Numbered from the stretch's first letter, positions 8,081 through 15,574 are shown. The stretch is DNA of 19,195 nt from Bacteroidales bacterium UBA4353 (GCA_002394025.1 DGSV01000036.1:3431-22625); one strand, 5' to 3'. The notes: generated from the letters alone by a model not told the origin. A program made the numbers and translations.

Positions 8081-8506
8081 CTATTTGATTTCTATTGAAG
8101 TCAAAGCACGAGCTTTTTCCTCTTCGGTTTTCTTGGGTAATGTTACGGTTAGCACTCCGTCATTGACCTTAGCCTCGATGCGACTGCGCTCAACATTGTC
8201 AGGAAGCAGTATTGACTGCTCAAACTTGCTGTAAGAGAACTCGCGACGCAGATATTTCTTATTCTGCTTATCTTCGGTTTGAGTCTTTTTCTCTACACCT
8301 ATTACCAATTCACCATCCTGAGTGATATGAATGCGGAAATCGTCCTTAGCCATGCCAGGAGCGGCTACCTCAACTTCATATTTGTCTTTATCTTCGATTA
8401 CGTTGATCGCTGGAGTGGTGTTGCTGCTTACTACCCAGTTGTTGTCAAACAAGTCGTTGAAAATACTCGGTAACCAGTTTTGGTTCATTCTTGTCATTGG
8501 TGTCAT
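8081..8506 (-). CDS. Small heat-shock protein, Hsp20/alpha-crystallin family. Start taken at the ATG at 8506 (MTPMTRMNQNW), which is preceded by a strong Shine-Dalgarno sequence.
   Basis: Alpha-crystallin domain (INVIEDKDKYEVEVAAPGMAKDDFRIHITQDGELVIGVEKK ... VLTVTLPK). A GGAGGA Shine-Dalgarno sequence lies 6 nt upstream of this ATG. Confidence 0.85.
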   Translation of the reverse strand: MTPMTRMNQNWLPSIFNDLFDNNWVVSSNTTPAINVIEDKDKYEVEVAAPGMAKDDFRIHITQDGELVIGVEKKTQTEDKQNKKYLRREFSYSKFEQSILLPDNVERSRIEAKVNDGVLTVTLPKKTEEEKARALTSIEIK

Positions 8507-8512
8507 AATTGT

Positions 8513-8518
8513 ATCCTC
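8513..8518 (-). promoter_or_regulatory. Canonical Shine-Dalgarno GGAGGA (minus strand) with a 6-nt spacer to the hsp20 ATG.
   Basis: Plus strand reads atcctcc at 8513-8519. No other gene in the window has a comparable Shine-Dalgarno sequence. Confidence 0.55.
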
Positions 8519-8616
8519 CAAATTAAAATGTTAATAAATTTCGTTTTTTTTATATCGCCTCGGGTCTTAACCTTACGGCACTTACCTTATGACAAACCCC
8601 GTGCCTAAACATACTA

Positions 8617-8633
8617 ACTGACTAATTGTCAGT
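8617..8633. promoter_or_regulatory. Perfect inverted repeat ACTGAC-taatt-GTCAGT in the divergent hsp20/FKBP intergenic region. Candidate operator for a dimeric regulator.
   Basis: 6-bp arms with a 5-bp AT spacer, seen directly. It does not resemble the CIRCE heat-shock operator. Confidence 0.35.
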
Positions 8634-8634
8634 A

Positions 8635-8680
8635 TTTTATGTCATTTTGTCCATTTTTATGCCATTTTTTCTGCCAATTT
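8635..8680. repeat. Five T-tracts (centres near 8636, 8646, 8656, 8667 and 8679) spaced 10-11.5 bp apart, in step with the helical repeat. This predicts intrinsically curved DNA just upstream of the FKBP promoter.
   Basis: tattttatgtcattttgtccatttttatgccattttttctgccaattt, seen directly. Phased A/T-tracts are known to bend DNA. Confidence 0.45.
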
Positions 8681-8701
8681 GTCGGATAGAGAGATTTTTC
8701 G

Positions 8702-8709
8702 TATCTTTG
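8702..8709 (+). promoter_or_regulatory. -7 element TATCTTTG, 22 bp upstream of the GTG at 8731.
   Basis: Exact TAnnTTTG match. Confidence 0.45.
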
Positions 8710-8730
8710 CAAGTTAGAATATAACACAAG

Positions 8731-9279
8731 GTGCATAAAACAATCGCCATAGCATTGCTAACCTTCACGATGCTCCTAAGTTGCGCATCGTGTGATATTC
8801 TGTGTAAGAAAGTAGCCCCTCAAAGCCCGAGCAACAAGTCCGTACCCGATAGTGCCACCGCGAGTGTTCTGGAGCTCAATCAGCGCCTGGCAGCTGAAGC
8901 CGACCAGGAAATTAACGCCATTGCAGAGCGTTTGAACGACTCACTATCTGCTCTCGGGTCGAGTCTCTATCAGCGCCATGAGCAAGGCTATTGGGTGCGT
9001 GTTATTAATGCCGGCGAGGGCGATACTTTGGCTTTTGACGAGCATGCCACCATCGAATATGCGATACGTCTCACAGATGGCACGATGGCAGAACAAACAA
9101 GTCGCGAGATCACCGTAGGTCGTAAAGAGGTGCCGGATGCCATAGACATCACGCTGACACGTTTGCGACACGGAGCTCATGCCGATATTATTGCACCATG
9201 GGCTTTGCTCTACGGAAGAATGGGAACGGAAAAAATACCACCATATTCACAAGCCATAATAGCACTTACAATAAAATAA
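8731..9279 (+). CDS. FKBP-type peptidyl-prolyl cis-trans isomerase lipoprotein. Lipobox LLSC. GTG start.
   Basis: Signal peptide MHKTIAIALLTFTMLLSC|ASC. C-terminal FKBP-like pattern LTDG...ITVG...VPDAIDITLTRLRHGAHADIIAPWALLYGRMG...IPPYSQAIIALTI. The GTG start is uncertain because the predicted transcription start is very close. Confidence 0.55.
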   Translation: MHKTIAIALLTFTMLLSCASCDILCKKVAPQSPSNKSVPDSATASVLELNQRLAAEADQEINAIAERLNDSLSALGSSLYQRHEQGYWVRVINAGEGDTLAFDEHATIEYAIRLTDGTMAEQTSREITVGRKEVPDAIDITLTRLRHGAHADIIAPWALLYGRMGTEKIPPYSQAIIALTIK

Positions 9280-9833
9280 TGCCATACATGAAAATGCCGA
9301 TACGAACATATATCACACTGTTGCTAACAGCACTGATGGTGCTGCTTGCGGCATGCACCAAAGGCACCTATGCCGATGAACTTAAGGCTGAAAAGAAAAT
9401 CATCAAGAACTTCATCTCACGCAAAGGCATCAAGGTGCTTAGTTCTATGCCAAAAGATTCGGTATTCGCCGAAAACGAATTCTACAAAACCAGCGACGAA
9501 CTGTACTTCCGTCTTGATAAAAAGGGCACAGGTCAGGACACCATCACCCCCGGCGCCAGAGTTAACCTGCGCTACAAGAAATACGACCTCTCGGAGAACC
9601 CCGACACGATATCATATTGGACAACAGCCGAGGTGCCCTACCCCATAGAGTTCTACTATCTTACCAGTACCGAAAACACTTGTCTTGCATGGCATTACGC
9701 AGTAGGAATGATGCGCCAAAGCGGCTCGGAGGCAACAATCATAGTTCCCGCAGCTCTTGGCTTCAGCAGCGACCAAAGTCCACTGACACCTTATGTGTAT
9801 AAGATAAAAATAAAATTCAACAAACAAACATGA
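9279..9833 (+). CDS. Second FKBP-type PPIase lipoprotein (lipobox LLAAC). Start at ATG 9279 (MPYMKMPIRTY), overlapping the previous stop as TAATG.
   Basis: Signal peptide plus Cys. FKBP-like C-terminal region (ARVNLRYKKYDL...AVGMMRQSGSEATIIVPAALGFS...YVYKIKI). The ORF-track extension to 9198 overlaps the upstream gene and lacks a signal peptide. Confidence 0.6.
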   Translation: MPYMKMPIRTYITLLLTALMVLLAACTKGTYADELKAEKKIIKNFISRKGIKVLSSMPKDSVFAENEFYKTSDELYFRLDKKGTGQDTITPGARVNLRYKKYDLSENPDTISYWTTAEVPYPIEFYYLTSTENTCLAWHYAVGMMRQSGSEATIIVPAALGFSSDQSPLTPYVYKIKIKFNKQT

Positions 9834-11233
9834 GCCTAATAAAATCTATATCCGGCATACGGGGCACGATAGGCGGAGTTCCCGGTGACGGTCTCGACCC
9901 CTTGAGCGTAGTACGCTTTACAGCTGCTTACGCTACTTTTATTCTACAAAACTCCCAAAGAACCGACCAACGAGCCAAAATTGTGGTAGGGCGTGACGCA
10001 CGCATATCCGGAGCTATGGTCGATAAACTCGTCAGCGCGACACTGATGGGTATGGGACTGGATGTAATAAACATCGGTCTGGCCACGACTCCCACTACGG
10101 AAATAGCAGTAACCAGCGAACATGCTTCAGGCGGCATCATCATCACCGCAAGCCACAATCCTAAACATTGGAATGCTCTGAAACTACTCAACGCACACGG
10201 TGAATTTCTCAATGACGAACAAGGTAAGCAAGTACTTAAAATCGCCGAGGATGAAAGTTTCATATTTGCCGATGTTGAACATCTTGGCACGCAAATCAAC
10301 ATTCCCGACTATGCCATGCGCCACGTACAGCAGGTGCTGGCATTGCCTCTCGTCAATGCCCAAGCCATCAAGGATATGCACCTGACAGTGGCCATCGACT
10401 GCGTGAATTCAGTAGGCGGAATAGCGCTGCCACTGCTGCTGCATGAACTGGGTGTGGAGAATATCGTGGAGCTCAATACTACCCCCGACGGACATTTCGC
10501 CCATAACCCTGAACCCCTGCCCCAAAACCTCACGGAAATAGCGGGACGTATGCGTCAAGGTGGCATAGATGTCGGATTTGTCGTGGACCCTGATGTTGAC
10601 CGCCTCGCCATAATCTGCGAAAATGGTGACATGTTTGGAGAGGAATATACCCTTGTCGCTACCGCGCAGTACGTGCTTAGCCACACTCCCGGCAACACGG
10701 TAAGCAACATGTCATCAACGCGCGCTTTAGCGGATATCACGTCAACATTCAACGGCTGCCACTACTCATCAGCACCCGTGGGCGAAGTCAATGTCGTGGC
10801 AGAGATGAAGCGCTCTGGTGCCGTGATAGGAGGTGAAGGCAACGGCGGAGTCATATATCCCGCCCTGCACTACGGCAGAGACGCATTGGTAGGCATTGCG
10901 CTATTCCTATCACTAATGGCTGAAAAGCAACAAAAACCATCATTGATAAGAGCCTCACTACCCGACTATCACATCAGCAAGAACCGCATAGACCTCACAG
11001 AGGGAATTGATGTTGATGCACTACTCACGGCTGTGAAAGGCATATATAAAATGTATCATGTTGACGACCGGGATGGTGTGAAGATAGAATTCCAGCAAGG
11101 CTGGGTACACTTGCGTAAATCAAACACAGAACCCATCATACGCGTGTACAGTGAAGCGCAAACAGAGGAGCAAGCTGACAAATTCGCGCAAGCTATCATA
11201 GCGGAAATAAAACGAATAGCAAATATAAAGTGA
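9830..11233 (+). CDS. glmM: Alpha-D-phosphohexomutase family enzyme. This is the family annotated as phosphoglucosamine mutase GlmM in Bacteroidetes, but the active-site Ser loop is TASHNP, which is the phosphomannomutase/phosphoglucomutase-type spelling. Start overlaps the upstream stop as ATGA.
   Basis: MSLIKSISGIRGTIGG N-terminus. Phosphoserine loop ITASHNPKHWNALKLL. Metal-binding DPDVDR. Length 467 aa. Assignment between GlmM and phosphomannomutase/phosphoglucomutase specificity is uncertain from sequence alone. Confidence 0.75.
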   Translation: MSLIKSISGIRGTIGGVPGDGLDPLSVVRFTAAYATFILQNSQRTDQRAKIVVGRDARISGAMVDKLVSATLMGMGLDVINIGLATTPTTEIAVTSEHASGGIIITASHNPKHWNALKLLNAHGEFLNDEQGKQVLKIAEDESFIFADVEHLGTQINIPDYAMRHVQQVLALPLVNAQAIKDMHLTVAIDCVNSVGGIALPLLLHELGVENIVELNTTPDGHFAHNPEPLPQNLTEIAGRMRQGGIDVGFVVDPDVDRLAIICENGDMFGEEYTLVATAQYVLSHTPGNTVSNMSSTRALADITSTFNGCHYSSAPVGEVNVVAEMKRSGAVIGGEGNGGVIYPALHYGRDALVGIALFLSLMAEKQQKPSLIRASLPDYHISKNRIDLTEGIDVDALLTAVKGIYKMYHVDDRDGVKIEFQQGWVHLRKSNTEPIIRVYSEAQTEEQADKFAQAIIAEIKRIANIK

Positions 11234-11333
11234 GTTAAAAATCATACAATAACAGGTTTATAACACACAGCAAAAAAAATCACCATTACTCCACTCAGTT
11301 TTTTTAATAATCAAAAGAGATTTGAAACGACAT

Positions 11334-11377
11334 GAGGCTGTCTAACAACAAAAATAGTTAGACAGCCTCGTTTTTTA
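11334..11377 (+). terminator. Rho-independent terminator. Stem gaggctgtctaac / gttagacagcctc, 10-nt loop, followed by TTTTTT.
   Basis: Perfect 13-bp inverted repeat plus a T-run, 100 bp after the phosphohexomutase stop. It may also act on the convergent minus-strand gene, where the U-run is weaker. Confidence 0.7.
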
Positions 11378-11416
11378 TATATTAACAAATGACAAACTGA
11401 CCCACAAGGAATTCTA

Positions 11417-12196
11417 TCACTTAACAATCATTCGCTTAATGATATTTTTGGCTGATTGTTTGATGAATTCTAACTGCCTCTGCCAGAAATCGTCGCTCCA
11501 GCGTTGAGGATGTGTTGTAAACAGCACGTGGCTCGGCAACGTTCCTGCCTCAAGTGCACGAAGAATGTCCGCTGTTGTGTGATACACAAGACCTTGCCCT
11601 ATCCATACATCCTGATAATGAGGGATTTTATCACGCACGGAGACCTTGAAACCATCCCACCGGCGCCCTGTGTCAGTCAGGTAGAAAGTCCGTGAAAAAT
11701 CAACGTCAAAATATGGCTCACCTATAATGCCCAGTTGGTGATAATCATAGTCTTGCCATAGGTCTCTGCCATCCCATTTACTGGTGGGAGCTCCGTGCAT
11801 ACATATAGTACGAACAGGATAGAAAGTACGCAAACGTTGCAACTCATCACAGAAATGACGATAGGCGGCCTGCTTGTCACCATTGCACAAACTCATATCC
11901 TCATAGTGATAACCCACCTCATGACCTAAAGACACTATCTCACGAATCGACGGCTCGTCATAACTCTCTGCCACACAGCGAAAATAATAGGTAGCCTTAA
12001 TTCCGACCTTATGCTCCAAACGCGCCATAAGCACCGAATTATGAGGCAAACGGTCAACATCATGGCGCATAACGACAACACGGCTATCTGACTCATAATC
12101 ATGAGTCAGAAAATCTTCCATAGTCACAAAAACATAGTCGTGCTTAAGCAGACTCTCAAGCAATGAGCGATAAATATGTAAAGAAAACTCGGGCAT
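11417..12196 (-). CDS. Polysaccharide deacetylase family protein (CE4/NodB-like divergent subgroup). Start taken at ATG 12196 (MPEFSLHIY), since the 42-codon extension in the ORF track overlaps the divergent gene.
   Basis: MRHDVD motif, His-rich metal-site candidates (HEVGYHYE, ICMHGAP), length about 260 aa. The subfamily assignment is recalled from Bacteroides annotations, so confidence is moderate. Confidence 0.55.
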   Translation of the reverse strand: MPEFSLHIYRSLLESLLKHDYVFVTMEDFLTHDYESDSRVVVMRHDVDRLPHNSVLMARLEHKVGIKATYYFRCVAESYDEPSIREIVSLGHEVGYHYEDMSLCNGDKQAAYRHFCDELQRLRTFYPVRTICMHGAPTSKWDGRDLWQDYDYHQLGIIGEPYFDVDFSRTFYLTDTGRRWDGFKVSVRDKIPHYQDVWIGQGLVYHTTADILRALEAGTLPSHVLFTTHPQRWSDDFWQRQLEFIKQSAKNIIKRMIVK

Positions 12197-12210
12197 AATA
12201 GAATAATGTT

Positions 12211-12230
12211 TACGCAAAATTACGCAAAAT
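12211..12230. repeat. Perfect 10-bp tandem direct repeat tacgcaaaat x2 in the 135-bp divergent regulatory region.
   Basis: Seen directly. On the minus strand it contains TAATTTTG (plus coordinates 12215-12222), a -7 element positioned for the deacetylase gene, with ATG about 18 nt downstream. Confidence 0.6.
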
Positions 12231-12244
12231 CCGTCAAAAAAATG

Positions 12245-12252
12245 TAAATTTG
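12245..12252 (+). promoter_or_regulatory. -7 element TAAATTTG on the plus strand for the EEP gene. It sits inside a 16-bp near-palindrome, aatgtaaatttgcatt.
   Basis: Exact TAnnTTTG match. It lies back-to-back with the minus-strand -7 element, 22 bp away. Confidence 0.45.
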
Positions 12253-12331
12253 CATTGTGATAGAGCGATTTTATTTTATAGCATTGCTGACATTGTGTCT
12301 GACATCGCTTCGCGGTGAGCAATATCTGTTC

Positions 12332-13252
12332 ATGACCTATAATGTAGAAAATCTATTTGACTGCCATGATGACAGCCTTCATGACGACAATGAATTTTTG
12401 CCAGACGGCAGCAGGCATTGGACAGAATATCGTCTTCAAAAGAAAATCTATGACATCGCACGCGTTATAGTCGGTGCATCTCCCACAGAGCCTTTCACAG
12501 CCATAGGCCTGTGCGAAGTTGAGAACGACAGTGTGCTGATGCGCTTGACCTGCGGCCCGTTGCGACGTTTCGGCTACCGGATTATTCACCACAACTCGCC
12601 TGATCGCCGAGGCATAGATGTTGCCATGCTCTACAACCCTAAACACCTCAAACCGTTGCGCACACACTTCCTGCCTGTCACATATCCCGCTGACACTTCA
12701 TTCCGCACACGTGACATCCTCTACTGCGAAGCCTTACTCACAAACCTGCATCGGATACATATCATCATTGCTCACCTGCCATCGCAACGGAGCGACAACA
12801 ACGACTCAGACCTCAAACGACAGGCGGCATTTGAAATTATCAAAAATCTATGCGACAGCATTATAACCGACAATAGCAATGCTAACATTCTCATATCTGG
12901 CGATTTCAACTGCGCTCCCGACAATAGACTTTACCGACGGGCATTGCTCAACGACGGACTTCTCACAGACCTCATGGACAAATATATCGGTACACCACAA
13001 GGCACCTATTGTTTTCAGGGACAATATAGTTGCCTCGACCATTTCGTAGTGTCAACAACCATGACAGACTCCATTGCGTCAAGCACTCTGAAGGCGGACA
13101 CAATATCCACTGACATCGTAACGCTTCCATGGATGCTCGACAAACCCAATTCACTCGATATCAGATACCCATATCGCACCTTTCGCGGACCATACTATCA
13201 TGGAGGAATTAGCGACCACCTACCAGTAATCACCACCTTGACAAGCAAATAA
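12332..13252 (+). CDS. Endonuclease/exonuclease/phosphatase (EEP) superfamily protein. The alternative GTG start at 12257 would add a signal-peptide-like MIERFYFIALLTLCLTSLRG.
   Basis: EEP catalytic motifs in order: YNVENL, LCEVEN, ISGDFNC, GGISDHLPV. ATG 12332 is preferred because the predicted transcription start lies after 12257. Confidence 0.7.
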   Translation: MTYNVENLFDCHDDSLHDDNEFLPDGSRHWTEYRLQKKIYDIARVIVGASPTEPFTAIGLCEVENDSVLMRLTCGPLRRFGYRIIHHNSPDRRGIDVAMLYNPKHLKPLRTHFLPVTYPADTSFRTRDILYCEALLTNLHRIHIIIAHLPSQRSDNNDSDLKRQAAFEIIKNLCDSIITDNSNANILISGDFNCAPDNRLYRRALLNDGLLTDLMDKYIGTPQGTYCFQGQYSCLDHFVVSTTMTDSIASSTLKADTISTDIVTLPWMLDKPNSLDIRYPYRTFRGPYYHGGISDHLPVITTLTSK

Positions 13253-13261
13253 ACTACCAGC

Positions 13262-13933
13262 ATGAAAATAGTACTAATATACCAACCGGAACAGACACAT
13301 AACGCAAGCCTTGAAGATAGTCTCATTAGACTCTGCAAAAGTCTTGACAAAGAACCGGTGGTGCTTGACGTAAAGCCGGAACAGATTCCAATCTGCATCG
13401 ACGAGGAAACTTCGATGGTATTTTACACTACTCCCCGTGAGCGAAAAGCCGTCAAGCAATACCTTAAAGCCTCACGCGAACTGCGCATACCTTATACTTT
13501 CGTTGCTCCTTCAGCCGACTCTCTGATACCTAACAGTTTGGTTTGTCCTGTAACATTCCTTGAAGAAGAAGCCGAGAAAGGTCAGTTCGCGGCAGCATTA
13601 GCACGCTATTGTGATACTAAAATAACACTCGTCACCGCTAACGACTATGGCTCAAAAGCACGCAAAACAACAGAAAAAATCACTTCTTTGCTTGATAAAT
13701 TCAGCCTAAAGTATCAGATAGAAAAAGGAGATAAGGACAGTTTCAAACTCTATAATGAGATAGCCCATAAGTCCGTGTCAAGGGACTGGGACATGCTACT
13801 GCTCTCAGCATCACGCGAATATGGGCTTGACGATATACTATTCGGGCCTCCGGAACTGCATGCCATCATCAATAGCAGCGCAGCCGTCATGCTCGTCAAC
13901 CCTCGCGCAGACCTCTATTCACTCTGCGATTAA
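13262..13933 (+). CDS. Hypothetical protein with a UspA-like (adenine-nucleotide alpha-hydrolase-like) C-terminal half, apparently lacking the canonical ATP-binding G-x2-G-x9-G(S/T) motif. Lies 9 bp downstream of the EEP gene.
   Basis: The C-terminal pattern DMLLLSASREYGLDDILFGPPELHAIINSSAAVMLVNP resembles the universal stress protein (USP) motif DLIVMGSHGRGGL..LLGSV...V..HA.CPVLVV. The N-terminal half, MKIVLIYQP...VVLDV, is also USP-like. This is a weak, by-eye assignment. Confidence 0.4.
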   Translation: MKIVLIYQPEQTHNASLEDSLIRLCKSLDKEPVVLDVKPEQIPICIDEETSMVFYTTPRERKAVKQYLKASRELRIPYTFVAPSADSLIPNSLVCPVTFLEEEAEKGQFAAALARYCDTKITLVTANDYGSKARKTTEKITSLLDKFSLKYQIEKGDKDSFKLYNEIAHKSVSRDWDMLLLSASREYGLDDILFGPPELHAIINSSAAVMLVNPRADLYSLCD

Positions 13934-14040
13934 ACCCCAAGTCGGTCATCAGACAGAATAAAGGTTTGAAGCATTTTTATCCTATATGCTTATAGTTTAA
14001 TTCAAATTGCAAAGTCCTATTTGGGACCATACGACATTAT

Positions 14041-14964
14041 ATGCCATTAGTAATTAAGACATCCAGCACATCCTACTCACTGCTTACCGATTCAGGCGAG
14101 GTACTCAACGACTGCCGGCTCAAAGGAAATCTACGCCTCAAAGGAATACGAACAACCAATCCTGTGGCCGTGGGCGACATCGTGGATATATACACACAAG
14201 ATGACGGAACAATATGGATTACCAATATCCACAAACGTGATAACTATATCATCCGTCGAGCCACCAACCTGAGCAAAGAGAGCCAAGTCATCGCCGCTAA
14301 CATCGACCTTGCGGCACTTGTCATCACACTTCACCACCCCACAACGCACACCACTTTTGTGGATAGGTTCCTATTCAACGCTGAATGTTATCACATACCT
14401 GCAAGCCTGATTTTCAACAAGTCGGACATTTATGACTCCGATGAGCGTGAGGAATTGGATATGTGGTGCAAACTCTATTCCTCGCTGGGCTATACCACAC
14501 ATATTGTCAGCGCAGCAACAGGCGAAGGCATTGACGCTCTCAAAGACTATTTCCGTGGTAAGACACTGCTCTTGGCAGGCAATTCAGGAGTCGGGAAATC
14601 AACACTGCTAAATGTCATTGCCGGTGAGGAATTGACACGCACTGCCGACCTGAGCAAAGTCCATGAACAGGGTATGCATACCACTACCTTCAGCCAGATG
14701 CATATCCTGCCACAATGCCGTATCGTTGACACTCCCGGCGTTAGAGGATTCGGGATAGTGGATATTCAAGCCAATGAAGTTTGGGGCTACTTCCCTGAAA
14801 TTAGACACTTCGCAAAACAATGCAAATACGCCAACTGCACACATACAAATGAGCCCCAATGCGCTGTGAAAGACGCACTGGAGCATCACTACATAGCTAT
14901 TAGCCGCTGGGATAGCTACCTATCAATAATGGGCGATGCCAAACAGGAAAAATACAGAAAATAA
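14041..14964 (+). CDS. rsgA: Ribosome small-subunit-dependent GTPase A (RsgA/YjeQ), a circularly permuted GTPase.
   Basis: N-terminal OB-fold. Motifs in permuted order: G4 FNKSD, G1 GNSGVGKST, G3 DTPG. C-terminal zinc finger CKYANCTHTNEPQC. Confidence 0.88.
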   Translation: MPLVIKTSSTSYSLLTDSGEVLNDCRLKGNLRLKGIRTTNPVAVGDIVDIYTQDDGTIWITNIHKRDNYIIRRATNLSKESQVIAANIDLAALVITLHHPTTHTTFVDRFLFNAECYHIPASLIFNKSDIYDSDEREELDMWCKLYSSLGYTTHIVSAATGEGIDALKDYFRGKTLLLAGNSGVGKSTLLNVIAGEELTRTADLSKVHEQGMHTTTFSQMHILPQCRIVDTPGVRGFGIVDIQANEVWGYFPEIRHFAKQCKYANCTHTNEPQCAVKDALEHHYIAISRWDSYLSIMGDAKQEKYRK

Positions 14965-14968
14965 AACT

Positions 14969-15574
14969 TTAGCACGTTAGCTCGTGCATACGAGCCAGAT
15001 ACTTACCCAAAATATCAAACTCAAGATTTACAACTGAGCCGACAACGATATGCTTGAAGTTAGTATGCTCATGAGTGAAAGGTATGATTGCCACCTCAAA
15101 AGAATTTTCTGTGGGATTGCACACTGTCAGACTCACTCCATTGACTGTCACCGAACCTTTATCAACACAGAAATAGCCCCTGCGAGCCATTGCTTTATCA
15201 AAAGGATACACAAATCTATAACGCCATGAACCATCCTCACTCTGCACCGAAACGCATTTTGCTGTCATATCAACATGCCCCTGAACAATATGCCCGTCAA
15301 GACGACCATTCATCACCATTGAACGCTCAACATTAACCTCATCACCAACCTTGAGAAGTCCAAGATTGGTTCGAGACAAGGTCTCATTGATAGCCGTCAC
15401 TGTATATTCGCCATCGCCAAGACTTACAACTGTCAGACATACACCATTATGCGACACACTTTGATCGATATGCAACTCGTCGGCAAACGAGCAACTCAAT
15501 GTGAGGTGGATATTCTCGCCATCACGCACTATGGCAACAATGCGAGCCGCCTCTTCTACTATTCCACTAAACAT
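14969..15574 (-). CDS. ribE: Riboflavin synthase alpha subunit.
   Basis: MFSGIVEE N-terminus. Two lumazine-binding repeats (GVCLTV ... GVSLTV). Length 201 aa. Confidence 0.88.
   Translation of the reverse strand: MFSGIVEEAARIVAIVRDGENIHLTLSCSFADELHIDQSVSHNGVCLTVVSLGDGEYTVTAINETLSRTNLGLLKVGDEVNVERSMVMNGRLDGHIVQGHVDMTAKCVSVQSEDGSWRYRFVYPFDKAMARRGYFCVDKGSVTVNGVSLTVCNPTENSFEVAIIPFTHEHTNFKHIVVGSVVNLEFDILGKYLARMHELTC

Noticed and set aside
9198-9278. Extension of the second FKBP lipoprotein ORF back to 9198 (MGFALRKNGNGKNTTIF…)
   Set aside because: It overlaps the first FKBP gene in another frame and would bury the signal peptide and lipobox internally. The ATG at 9279 gives a proper lipoprotein N-terminus.
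12241-12256. 16-bp near-palindrome aatgtaaatttgcatt as a standalone operator
   Set aside because: It is largely accounted for by the -7 promoter element TAAATTTG plus its flanks and it is imperfect (7 of 8 pairs). It is kept only as part of the divergent-promoter finding.
12197-12322. 42-codon N-terminal extension of the deacetylase (MLTAKRCQTQCQQCYKIKSLYHNANLHFFDGF…)
   Set aside because: It would run through the divergent promoter region and overlap the EEP ORF. The Cys/Gln-rich composition is not protein-like. MPEFSLHIY at 12196 is preferred.
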